From Aeromicrobium sp. (GTDB lineage: Bacteria > Actinomycetota > Actinomycetes > Propionibacteriales > Nocardioidaceae), in contig JBJMIJ010000013.1 in assembly GCA_045806885.1 (NCBI GenBank), forward strand, positions 150,110 to 214,109: a stretch of 64,000 bases of DNA, written 5' to 3'. Made by a program: the position numbers and the translations under genes. Numbering within the stretch: the first letter of the stretch is position 1; each line of letters starts with the position of its first letter. The notes under the pieces were generated by a model. That model ran no database searches, was not told the DNA's origin, and saw nothing but the letters and a program-made list of their open reading frames with translations. This document shows, in pieces, positions 27,436-35,027 of this stretch.

Positions 27436-27477
27436 GGGGCCAGCAAGAGCCGACGGGCGGAACGAGAGGAAACAGTC

Positions 27478-27819
27478 ATGGCCATGTACCCCTCCGACGG
27501 CGGAACACTGACAGGGACTCCAGACAAGGTTTATAACATTCTTTGGTTCACCGAGGCCTGTCTCAGCAACGTTTTGCGCCTCGACCAGTACATCGCCGAT
27601 GCCTTCGATGCCAACGATCAGGAACTGGTCGAATTCTTTCGCAGAGCCCAGCGGGAAAGCCGCAGGGGCGCGGAGGAAGCCAAGCAGCTGCTGGCCGCGC
27701 GGATTACTCACGCGCCTAGTCACAACTGTGGCGACCACCGGGCGAATCCAGGCATCAGGTGCACCACATCGGAGATGTCCCGGACATCCGACCAGTCGAC
27801 CAGGAACGTGTCGCGCTGA
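27478..27819 (+). CDS. hypothetical protein (helical N-terminal ~75 aa; C-terminal tail doubtful)
   Basis: ATG 27478 with GAGAGGAAA upstream. The last ~33 codons overlap the convergent PRC-barrel gene. Confidence 0.4.
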   Translation: MAMYPSDGGTLTGTPDKVYNILWFTEACLSNVLRLDQYIADAFDANDQELVEFFRRAQRESRRGAEEAKQLLAARITHAPSHNCGDHRANPGIRCTTSEMSRTSDQSTRNVSR

Positions 27820-28043
27820 CGCCACGCGAAGTAGCGGTTCACCAGAGCAGGGCGGTCAGTCGACCGGCGCTCATAACCCAAGAACACTGGTCCGCGGCGG
27901 CGACCAACCACGAGGCCCAGGAGTTCTGGCCGGCCCGGCGCGTCGCCGTCCGTCTCGGCGACCACGAATCGGGCATCGACGACGCGGCCGACCTCCTCGT
28001 CCCCGGCCAGCACCCGCAACTCGAGCAACTCACTCAGGATCAT
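27720..28043 (-). CDS. PRC-barrel domain protein
   Basis: ATG 28043 with GGGAGGG upstream. MILSELLELRVLAGDEEVGRVVDARFVV resembles a PRC-barrel N-terminus. Confidence 0.55.
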   Translation of the reverse strand: MILSELLELRVLAGDEEVGRVVDARFVVAETDGDAPGRPELLGLVVGRRRGPVFLGYERRSTDRPALVNRYFAWRQRDTFLVDWSDVRDISDVVHLMPGFARWSPQL

Positions 28044-28416
28044 GGCGCCCTCCCGGGATGTGGCTGATGACGTGCTTGCGCAGCCAACGTTCACGCTCGG
28101 TTGTCTTGACGTCGTCGCGGGACACCGTCAGACGAAGCGCAGCCTCAATGGCGGCGATCGACCCCCACTGAACTCGCTCGGTCAAATCTGCGCGGCCCCG
28201 CCCACGCCGAAGGGGCGCAAGGACTCCTGAGCTGACGTCGAGGTGGGTGATCACCGGACGGCCTGCCCCGGCGAGGTCGATCTCGAGGTCGTCGACGATC
28301 CCGATCGGGACGTCGTTGCGGTCGGTCACCGTCCGGTTCAGCAGGTGGAGCGAAGCATCGAGCAGGCGATCCTGCGCGTCGGGCGGCCGATCAGGATGCT
28401 GCGGGAAGGTCTTCAC
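28030..28416 (-). CDS. PRC-barrel-like domain protein
   Basis: GTG 28416 forms a GTGA overlap with the Nramp stop. LLNRTVTDRNDVPIGIVDDLEIDL motif. Confidence 0.5.
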   Translation of the reverse strand: MKTFPQHPDRPPDAQDRLLDASLHLLNRTVTDRNDVPIGIVDDLEIDLAGAGRPVITHLDVSSGVLAPLRRGRGRADLTERVQWGSIAAIEAALRLTVSRDDVKTTERERWLRKHVISHIPGGRHDPE

Positions 28417-29639
28417 GATGACCCCATCCCGGTCAGGATCGTCAGCGGGATCGCCGCCACCGCGGCTACCACGATGAACACGAGAAGCACCATCGCGAGG
28501 CCGTTCATGACGTGCCCATTGACGCGCTCGCCGACGTACTGCGGATCGTTCGCCACGATGAGAACCGGCGCGTAGGTCAGTGGCAGCCCAACCGCGCTGA
28601 ACACGACCGAGACCTCCGTGACCTTGATCGGGTCGACGCCCGTCGCCAGGATCGCGACGGCCAGCGCGATCGACGCGAGCATCGTCACGTGGAACTGGGG
28701 TGCCGCGACCGGCCGCAGCCGCTTGCCCCACGGCCATCCGGCGTACTGGGCGAGACCGTAGCCGCAGGACAAGGCCGTCTCCAGGGCCGCGCCCGCGGTT
28801 GCGGCGAGGATGCCCAGGAGCACGATCGCCAGGCCCGCCGTCCCGAGCGCGATGCTCACGGGGTGCACGACATCGCCCATGGTTTCGACGGTTTTGCCGG
28901 CCGGCCGGAACACCAGTGCGGCACAACCCGCGATGCCGACCGAGAGCAATCCGCCGAGCGGGAAGCCGACGCCGGAGTTGAGCCGAGACAACATGAGGTC
29001 GCGCGGACCCCAATGCTCCTCGGCCGCGCCGGAGGAGAAGAAGAACACCTCGTAGGGCGTCATGGCCGCGCCGAAGAGCGCCACCACGAAGTACCAATAG
29101 GAGAGGCTGCCGAACGGGGCGTCCTGGGCGGTCACCTGACGCGCAACGGTCGACCATCCGGGCTCGAGCGCGACGAACGCCACCACAAAGACGATCAGCG
29201 TCAGTCCCAGCAGGCCGGCGACCGTCTCCATGATCGAGAACTTGACCGACCACAGCACGAGCCAGACAGCCGCGGCAGCGAGGCCGATCCAGACCGCTGG
29301 CGGGGCTCCGGTCATCAGCTGCAGCGCCAGCGCCATGCCGCCGATCTCGGCGGTGAGCGTCAAGAGGGTCATCAGCATCGTGGCCGCGAGGTTCGCGAAC
29401 GCCGCCCGCGCGCCAAGCCGCTCACGGATGACCTCGAACGTCGCGCGCCCGCTGAGGGCCATGACCTTCCCGGCCATGTGTGCATACAGCGTGATGGCGA
29501 CGACGCCCACGACGACGACCCACACCAGCGAGAGCCCGAACCGTGATCCGGCCACCGCGTTGGTGACCAAGTCACCGGCGTCCACAAAGCCACCGACGGC
29601 CGTCAGGATGCCGAGCGTCACGGCCAGGTAGCGCTTCAC
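28413..29639 (-). CDS. Nramp-family metal ion transporter, non-canonical binding-site variant
   Basis: 408 aa, about 11 TM. TM1 reads FVDAGDLV (canonical DPGN) and TM6 reads GAAMTPYEV (canonical AxxMPH). GTG start. Confidence 0.75.
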   Translation of the reverse strand: MKRYLAVTLGILTAVGGFVDAGDLVTNAVAGSRFGLSLVWVVVVGVVAITLYAHMAGKVMALSGRATFEVIRERLGARAAFANLAATMLMTLLTLTAEIGGMALALQLMTGAPPAVWIGLAAAAVWLVLWSVKFSIMETVAGLLGLTLIVFVVAFVALEPGWSTVARQVTAQDAPFGSLSYWYFVVALFGAAMTPYEVFFFSSGAAEEHWGPRDLMLSRLNSGVGFPLGGLLSVGIAGCAALVFRPAGKTVETMGDVVHPVSIALGTAGLAIVLLGILAATAGAALETALSCGYGLAQYAGWPWGKRLRPVAAPQFHVTMLASIALAVAILATGVDPIKVTEVSVVFSAVGLPLTYAPVLIVANDPQYVGERVNGHVMNGLAMVLLVFIVVAAVAAIPLTILTGMGSS

Positions 29640-29646
29640 GCCTCGT

Positions 29647-29672
29647 GACTACCCATCGCGCCACGCGGGTAC
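29647..29672 (+). promoter_or_regulatory. promoter candidate GACT-N16-GGGTAC for the small ORF 29698..29856
   Basis: -35 at 29647..29650 and -10 at 29667..29672. Confidence 0.35.
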
Positions 29673-29674
29673 TC
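29649..29674 (-). promoter_or_regulatory. promoter candidate GAGT-N16-GGGTAG, 9 nt upstream of the Nramp GTG
   Basis: -10 at 29654..29649 and -35 at 29674..29671. Confidence 0.4.
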
Positions 29675-29697
29675 ACGGGTCAGGAGGCACACACACC

Positions 29698-29856
29698 ATG
29701 CGAAAAGCGAAGCGGCACGAACAGCGGACGCACCCGGATGACAGCGGGCCGGAGCCCGACGCCGAGTCGGAGGAGGACCTGCAGCCCAAGGACCCCGGGG
29801 AGGTCCCCCGCGCACCGCAGAACCCGGTGAACCCGGGTCCGGAAGTGGCGAGCTAG
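29698..29856 (+). CDS. hypothetical 52-aa acidic/proline-rich protein
   Basis: Own translation: MRKAKRHEQRTHPDDSGPEPDAESEEDLQPKDPGEVPRAPQNPVNPGPEVAS. SD CAGGAGG 9 nt upstream. About 88% G/C at third positions. Confidence 0.4.
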   Translation: MRKAKRHEQRTHPDDSGPEPDAESEEDLQPKDPGEVPRAPQNPVNPGPEVAS

Positions 29857-29993
29857 CCGCTTGTGAAGAGGCACCCCGCGGCGGTCGGTTCTTCACGTTT
29901 CAGATCCGCTCAACCCTGAATCAGCCACCGCCGCCGGGTCCGGACGCGGCCGCAGGCTCCTGTCGGGGGCGGTGAATTGCGGGAGATCGCGAG

Positions 29994-31382
29994 CTAATCG
30001 CTTGCGTGCTGCTTCATCGGGCGAACGGCCGGGCCCTCGATCACCGCACCGTCCGGGGTGAAGCGCGATCCGTGCAGCGGGCAGTCCCACGTGCTCTCCG
30101 CGTCGTTCCAGCACAGCACGCCGCCGAGGTGACTGCAGATCGGCCGCTCGCCGGAAACTCTCGACGGGAGCGATCGGACGAGATGGCTCGCGACACTGCC
30201 GTTGAAGGTGGCCAAGTCCTTGAGCGACCGCGGCGTGACGTGGGCGGACAGCTGCTGAGCCCATTGCGGCTTCTCGCCCAGCGTGTCTGCACTGATGGTG
30301 AGCGCCGCGGCAACCCCATTCGTCAGGCCCCACTTGCCGTAGCCCGTCGCGACGTGGATACGGCCGTCGGACCACGGCAGGACCTCCACCTCTGGCAGCT
30401 GGTCAAACCGCGCATAGTCCTGCGCAGACCACGACGCCACCTCCGTGGCATCCGGGAACGTCCGCAAGGCCCACGACCGAAGTCGCTCGACGTGCGCGAG
30501 ATCGGAATCGGCTCGCCCGGTCACGTGGCCGAATCCCCCCACCAGCACGAGCCCCCGCTCCGGCACGTCACGCACGGAGACCGTGTTGGGACTACCGATC
30601 GACAGGAACATTCCATCTGGCGGTTCGGCGTCGGCGAGGGCGATGAGGTACGAACGCTGGGCCTGCAACTTGGCGAAGTCCAGCCCACGGTCGAGGACCG
30701 GCGTGCCGGTGGCCAGCACGACGTGAGCGGCCGAGACCTGCTCACCGTCGGCGAACGTGACGCGCACCAGGTCGCCGGACGGGTCGATGTCCACGGCACG
30801 GCGGAACACGCAGATCGAACCGTCATGCTTCTGCACTTGGTCGGCAAGCACCTCGGCGACGAGGAACGGGTCGACCTGCGCCTGGTCCTCCAGGACGATG
30901 GCTGCGTGCACCTCGAACGGGGCAGGCAGCTGCGGCATCCACGTCGACTCAAGGCCGAGCTGTTGCTCCACCTCGAACTCCCGCTCGACCGCCGAGACCG
31001 CCTCGGGACGTTCGGCGAACGTGATGGCGCGCCGCCGCTGGAAGGGCACGCCATGCTCCTCGCAGAAGCGGAGCAGCCACGCCTGGCCCTCGCGATTCGC
31101 CGCCAGATAGGCGGCGCCGACGGACGTCGGATGCCGCTGAGCGATCTCGGACAGGCGGCTGCCGTGCAGCAGGCTGACCTTGGCCGAGCTCGCGCCAGTT
31201 GTCCCTGAACCGACACCTCCGGCATCGACGACGGCGACCCGGCGGCCTGCGCGGGCCAGCAGCAGACCGGTGACCAGTCCGGTGAGTCCAGCCCCGATGA
31301 CGAGGTCTTGAACCTGCTCAGGAAGCTCATCACCGATGACCGTCGACGGACGTTCTCGCCAGATCGAACCTGTTTGCCGCAT
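29994..31382 (-). CDS. FAD-dependent oxidoreductase fused to a C-terminal Rieske [2Fe-2S] domain
   Basis: DLVIGAGLTGLVTGLLLA dinucleotide fold. Rieske CSHLGGVLCW...CPLHGSRF. ATG 31382 chosen (10 nt after GGGTAG); alternative ATG at 31415. Confidence 0.75.
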   Translation of the reverse strand: MRQTGSIWRERPSTVIGDELPEQVQDLVIGAGLTGLVTGLLLARAGRRVAVVDAGGVGSGTTGASSAKVSLLHGSRLSEIAQRHPTSVGAAYLAANREGQAWLLRFCEEHGVPFQRRRAITFAERPEAVSAVEREFEVEQQLGLESTWMPQLPAPFEVHAAIVLEDQAQVDPFLVAEVLADQVQKHDGSICVFRRAVDIDPSGDLVRVTFADGEQVSAAHVVLATGTPVLDRGLDFAKLQAQRSYLIALADAEPPDGMFLSIGSPNTVSVRDVPERGLVLVGGFGHVTGRADSDLAHVERLRSWALRTFPDATEVASWSAQDYARFDQLPEVEVLPWSDGRIHVATGYGKWGLTNGVAAALTISADTLGEKPQWAQQLSAHVTPRSLKDLATFNGSVASHLVRSLPSRVSGERPICSHLGGVLCWNDAESTWDCPLHGSRFTPDGAVIEGPAVRPMKQHASD

Positions 31383-31392
31383 GGTTTTCCGG

Positions 31393-31417
31393 CTACCCCA
31401 AAGGGCGCTCCGCATGC
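31393..31417 (-). promoter_or_regulatory. promoter candidate GCAT-N15-GGGTAG for the FAD-Rieske gene
   Basis: -35 at 31417..31414 and -10 at 31398..31393. Confidence 0.45.
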
Positions 31418-31426
31418 GCGTGCGGC

Positions 31427-31453
31427 GGTTTCGGGGCCCTGCCCGACGGGTAC
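31427..31453 (+). promoter_or_regulatory. SigB/F-type promoter candidate GGTTT-N16-GGGTAC for the NTase operon
   Basis: -35 at 31427..31431 and -10 at 31448..31453. GTG 31464 lies 10 nt downstream. Confidence 0.55.
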
Positions 31454-31463
31454 GTCCGAAGGC

Positions 31464-32033
31464 GTGCCCACCTTTCAGGAACAGCGTGAAGTACTGAAGT
31501 CCGTCGCGACTTCTCTCAAACGCGAGGAGATACCGTTCGCGCTGGCCGGCGGATACGCCGTCTGGGCTCGCGGCGGCCCGGAGAGCGACCACGACGTGGA
31601 CTTCGTCGTACAACCCGAAGCCGCGGAGGCGGCGCGCAAGGTGCTGTTGCGGGACGGCCACGAGCCCGTGGTCTCCAACGAGGACTGGCTGGACAAAGTG
31701 AGCCAGGACGGCATCGTCGTCGACATCATCCATCGCCTTCCCATCGGGGACGTCGACGAGGCACTGTTCGGACGGTGCGACCTGTTGGCCGTGGACTCGG
31801 TACGGATGCTCGTCATGCCGCCCACCGACCTGCTCCTGTGCCGTCTACTGGCGCTCGGCGAGAACTCCTGCAACTTCGCGCCGCTGCTCGGCTGGTCCCG
31901 CTCGCTCCGCGAGCAGATCGACTGGCCGGAGATCGAGCGGCGGGCCGGCGACAGCCCCTTCGCCCGCAGCTTCCTCGACCTGCTCGTCGCGCTCGGGGTG
32001 ATTGACTCGGAGGCTTTCCATGCCCGGCCGTGA
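31464..32033 (+). CDS. minimal nucleotidyltransferase-fold protein
   Basis: FALAGGYAVWARGGPESDHDVDFVV (GG...DxD pol-beta-type NTase motif). Start is uncertain: GTG 31464 is inferred from the promoter spacing. Confidence 0.55.
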   Translation: MPTFQEQREVLKSVATSLKREEIPFALAGGYAVWARGGPESDHDVDFVVQPEAAEAARKVLLRDGHEPVVSNEDWLDKVSQDGIVVDIIHRLPIGDVDEALFGRCDLLAVDSVRMLVMPPTDLLLCRLLALGENSCNFAPLLGWSRSLREQIDWPEIERRAGDSPFARSFLDLLVALGVIDSEAFHARP

Positions 32034-32784
32034 CACTCCGGTGAGGATCGCCGCCGTCGGCGACGTCCACATGGCGGACGACCTGCGCGGACGGTACTCG
32101 CCCGCGCTGGCGACCCTCCCCGAGCAGGCTGACGTCCTGCTCGTCGCCGGCGACCTCACTCAACACGGAACCTTGGCCGAAGGAGCCGCCTTCGCCGAGG
32201 AGTTCAGCCCGACCACCTGCGGGATCCCGGTGTTCGCCGTACTCGGAAATCACGACCACCACTCCGGCCTCGAGGCTGAGATCCGCGAGTTGATCGAGCG
32301 ATCCGGCATCACCGTCCTGGAAGGCGAGGGGCGTCACGTCGACACACCGGCCGGGCGCATCGGCATCGCCGGCGCCAAGGGTTTCTGCCTCGGGTTCACC
32401 GGACGCTGCGCCGCCAACTTCGGGGAGACCCAGATGAAGGCGTTCACCCAGCACGGCATCGACAGCGCCGGCCTGCTCCGTCGGGGGTTCGACGAACTCG
32501 ACGCCGACGAGCGCAAGCCGGACATCCTCATCGCCCTGACGCACTTTTCCCCCACGACGACGACTCTGCGCGGCGAGCCGGCGGAGATCTGGCCCTTCCT
32601 CGGCAACCACATGCTCGGCGAGGTCATCGATGACGCCAGGGCCCACTTCGCCGTCCACGGCCACGCGCACGGCGGCAGCGAACGCGGCCAGACCGAAGGC
32701 GGCGTGCCCGTCCGGAACGTCGCGCAGCCGGTGATCCGGAGCGCATTCCGCATCTACGAAGTCCCCGTGAAGGTGCCGGCATGA
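32020..32784 (+). CDS. metallophosphoesterase
   Basis: GDVH, GDLTQHG and GNHDHH motifs. ATG 32020 with GGAGG upstream. 14-nt overlap with the NTase gene. Confidence 0.8.
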   Translation: MPGRDTPVRIAAVGDVHMADDLRGRYSPALATLPEQADVLLVAGDLTQHGTLAEGAAFAEEFSPTTCGIPVFAVLGNHDHHSGLEAEIRELIERSGITVLEGEGRHVDTPAGRIGIAGAKGFCLGFTGRCAANFGETQMKAFTQHGIDSAGLLRRGFDELDADERKPDILIALTHFSPTTTTLRGEPAEIWPFLGNHMLGEVIDDARAHFAVHGHAHGGSERGQTEGGVPVRNVAQPVIRSAFRIYEVPVKVPA

Positions 32785-33035
32785 ACACGTCACACGCCAA
32801 TCAGCGGCTCGAACAGGCCATCGCGAACGACCTGCGGACCAACGAACTGGGCATCCGCGTGCAGGTCATCGACCATCGGGTCGTTCTACGCGGCGAAGTG
32901 GCCAGCGAGGAGCGCCGCGCGGCGGTGCTCACGGTCGCACAGGAGCACATGCCCGCGTCGCACATCATCGACGAAATCCGGCTCAGCGACGCGGCCGATC
33001 CACCCGACGGCACCGAACGCGTCGATCCGCTCTGA
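32781..33035 (+). CDS. BON domain protein
   Basis: 84 aa; LEQAIANDLRTNELGIRVQVIDHRVVLRGEVASEERRAAV. ATGA overlap. Confidence 0.7.
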   Translation: MNTSHANQRLEQAIANDLRTNELGIRVQVIDHRVVLRGEVASEERRAAVLTVAQEHMPASHIIDEIRLSDAADPPDGTERVDPL

Positions 33036-33055
33036 ACCACCGGGGCAGCGGAGAA

Positions 33056-33093
33056 CCTCCGGGGGCGGACGGGTGGTTGCCCGCCCCCGGAGG
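33056..33093. terminator. bidirectional stem-loop (13-bp perfect stem CCTCCGGGGGCGG / CCGCCCCCGGAGG, 12-nt loop)
   Basis: Lies between the convergent BON and hemerythrin genes. No U-tract. Confidence 0.55.
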
Positions 33094-33114
33094 TGGTCTC
33101 GTGCTCCGGTTCCG

Positions 33115-33693
33115 CTAGCTGGCGTTACGCAGCGCGTCGCGGGCGCGATCGATGATCGACGCAACGGGCAGGCTTGCAATTGTCGCGAGCGGATGTCCGG
33201 CGACGCTCGGATGCGGATGGGTCGGCGCGATGTTCTCGGTCGCCCGGAGGAGCTTGCCCATGCGCTGTCGCTCTTCGATCGTGTAATCGGCAACGATCGC
33301 CGGGAACTCCTCGACCTCCTCGGCCTCGGCGTGGTCGCTCACGGCCTTCTCGAAGTCGGCGAAACTGGCCGCGAAGGCCGGTGAGTCGACATCGAGGTGC
33401 TCCAACTCGGCCAAGGCCTTGGTGGCCTCGATCTCTTCCTCGGTCCTCGCCTTGGCGATCCGCTCGTTCACCTTCTCGGCGGTATTCGGCCGCAGCACGA
33501 TCTGCTCAGCGGTCTCATGGACTGCCAGCAGGGCGCGCAACTCGTTGAACCGGTCGCGCTTCTCATCGCTGGAGGCTCCACGCACCGCTTCGAAAAGCTC
33601 CTTGATGCGGGCGTGCTGCTCCAGCAGGATTCCCACGACGTCGCCCTCGGGCAGCATCGCAGCCGTCAGTCGATCCTGCAGTGGGTCACCCAT
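33115..33693 (-). CDS. hemerythrin domain protein
   Basis: ATG 33693 with AGGAGAGG upstream. HxxxE-type motifs (EQHARIKELF, VHETAEQ, DHAEAEE). Confidence 0.75.
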   Translation of the reverse strand: MGDPLQDRLTAAMLPEGDVVGILLEQHARIKELFEAVRGASSDEKRDRFNELRALLAVHETAEQIVLRPNTAEKVNERIAKARTEEEIEATKALAELEHLDVDSPAFAASFADFEKAVSDHAEAEEVEEFPAIVADYTIEERQRMGKLLRATENIAPTHPHPSVAGHPLATIASLPVASIIDRARDALRNAS

Positions 33694-33732
33694 GGTGAAA
33701 TCACCTCTCCTGATTGGTGGGTTACTTCGCGC

Positions 33733-33757
33733 ATACCCATGCGCCCGGGACTCATGC
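33733..33757 (-). promoter_or_regulatory. promoter candidate GCAT-N15-GGGTAT for the hemerythrin gene
   Basis: -35 at 33757..33754 and -10 at 33738..33733. Confidence 0.5.
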
Positions 33758-33786
33758 GCGGCCCAACGCATGGGTACGCATCCGCC

Positions 33787-33969
33787 GTGACCATTCCGGA
33801 AGACGACACCATCGAATTTCCCGAGCCGGCGCCTGCGACGCATCGGGCGTCGAAGCACGGGCTCAAGGCGTTCCTGGCCGCCGGTGCCGTGGCCTCCGCC
33901 GTCGCGTGCGGCGCGCGGTACCGCCGCAGGCGCGCCGCCGCAGGTCAGAGGGCGAATACGGACTCCTGA
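33787..33969 (+). CDS. hypothetical 60-aa protein with C-terminal hydrophobic segment (candidate leaderless)
   Basis: GTG 33787 lies 9 nt after GGGTAC (33772..33777), in frame with ORF 33397..33969. VTIPEDDTIEFPEP...LKAFLAAGAVASAVACGARYRRRR. Confidence 0.3.
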   Translation: MTIPEDDTIEFPEPAPATHRASKHGLKAFLAAGAVASAVACGARYRRRRAAAGQRANTDS

Positions 33970-33978
33970 CGTGGGTAA
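33954..33978 (+). promoter_or_regulatory. promoter candidate GAAT-N15-GGGTAA
   Basis: -35 at 33954..33957 and -10 at 33973..33978, upstream of the small ORF 34022..34183. Confidence 0.35.
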
Positions 33979-34021
33979 TCGCTGACTGATACGAAATCCG
34001 TGACTCGGGAGGCGGCAGACC

Positions 34022-34183
34022 ATGCCCGACATCGTCAGATGCGTGGCCCTGTTGTGTGCACCGGCTATGGCCGTGGTGGCGCGCTTGGCCGATTCGCCCG
34101 ACGACCGGCGCGATCGCGCTCGGCGCCACCAGTTGACCCACCTGTGGGAGCAGTTTCAGGAAGACCATCCAGCCGCTCCATGA
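34022..34183 (+). CDS. hypothetical 53-aa protein
   Basis: Own translation: MPDIVRCVALLCAPAMAVVARLADSPDDRRDRARRHQLTHLWEQFQEDHPAAP. GGGAGG 9 nt upstream. Antisense to the 3' tail of the DUF72 gene. Confidence 0.25.
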   Translation: MPDIVRCVALLCAPAMAVVARLADSPDDRRDRARRHQLTHLWEQFQEDHPAAP

Positions 34184-34979
34184 GTCGGAGGGCGTCGCGT
34201 GGGGCATGACCGCGCGCATCGTTGTCGAAGTAGACGAAAACCGGGCCGCCGCGTGCCCACGTACGACACCGCTCGGCCCACTGGTCGAGTGATCGACTGC
34301 TGTAGCGACTCGCATAGAGCTCGCTGTGGCCGTGCAGTCGCACGTACGTGAAAGTCGCCGGACCGGGTTCGAACAAGGGCCATCGCGGGCTGTCCGACAC
34401 GACAAATGCCATGTCGCGGTCCGCCAGCAGGCCCCGGAACTCGGCGGTGTCGAAACTCGGGTTTCGCGGCTCCAGGGCGTGGCGTATCGGCAGGTTCTCT
34501 TCGTAGGCCACGTGCGCCCGGCCCTTGAGCTTGGCATCGTGCCGACTGCCAAGCGCGCTGGCGGCAGCCATCGACGTCGGCAGCAGGGCCAGGAAACGCC
34601 GGACGGTTTCTTCCTCGAACGTCATCGCCGCCGGGAGCTGCCAGAGGACCGGGCCCAGCTTGCGGCCCAACGCGAGCGGGCCGGACGCAAAGAAGTTCGC
34701 GAGACCCTGCTCCACGTCCCGGAGACGCCGAAGATGCGTGATGTAGCGGCCGCCCTTCAGCGCGAAGCAGAAGCCAGCAGGCGTCGCGTCGCGCCACCGT
34801 TCGTACGTGGACGGCCGCTGCAGCGAGTAGAACGACCCGTTGACCTCAATCGTCGGGAAATGCTGGGCGGCGAAGGGCAGACGCTCGCGCGCCGGGAGTC
34901 CGCGCGGATAGAAATCGCCCTGCCAGGCCGGGTAGTCCCAGCCGGACAACCCGATCCGAATCGCGTGCTCCTCGCGCAT
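34065..34979 (-). CDS. DUF72 family protein
   Basis: ATG 34979 (MREEHAIRIGLSGWDYPAWQGDFYP...), the typical DUF72 N-terminus. The ~40-aa Pro/Gly/Arg C-terminal tail is atypical. Confidence 0.75.
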   Translation of the reverse strand: MREEHAIRIGLSGWDYPAWQGDFYPRGLPARERLPFAAQHFPTIEVNGSFYSLQRPSTYERWRDATPAGFCFALKGGRYITHLRRLRDVEQGLANFFASGPLALGRKLGPVLWQLPAAMTFEEETVRRFLALLPTSMAAASALGSRHDAKLKGRAHVAYEENLPIRHALEPRNPSFDTAEFRGLLADRDMAFVVSDSPRWPLFEPGPATFTYVRLHGHSELYASRYSSRSLDQWAERCRTWARGGPVFVYFDNDARGHAPRDALRLMERLDGLPETAPTGGSTGGAERDRAGRRANRPSAPPRP

Positions 34980-34987
34980 GCCGACGA

Positions 34988-34993
34988 CTACCC
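34988..34993 (-). promoter_or_regulatory. -10-like GGGTAG, 8 nt upstream of the DUF72 ATG
   Basis: Read on the minus strand. No convincing -35. Confidence 0.3.
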
Positions 34994-35027
34994 GATCGAG
35001 CCTTGGACGCCACATCCACCGCGTCCC

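Noticed and set aside
29640-29697. Metal-sensing riboswitch (yybP-ykoY / M-box type) upstream of the Nramp gene
   Set aside because: Only 58 nt separate the Nramp GTG from the divergent small ORF, and a -10-like element sits 9 nt from the start. There is no room for a structured leader.
29645-29830. 61-aa ORF MTTHRATRVLTGQEAHTPCEKRSG...
   Set aside because: Arg/Thr/Ser-rich frame without an SD. The +2 frame starting at 29698 has a consensus SD and much stronger GC3 bias.
33772-33777. Treating the plus-strand GGGTAC near the hemerythrin promoter as a full two-part promoter
   Set aside because: The -35 position holds TCAT/CATG rather than GNNT. It is kept only as a -10-like element supporting a speculative leaderless small ORF.
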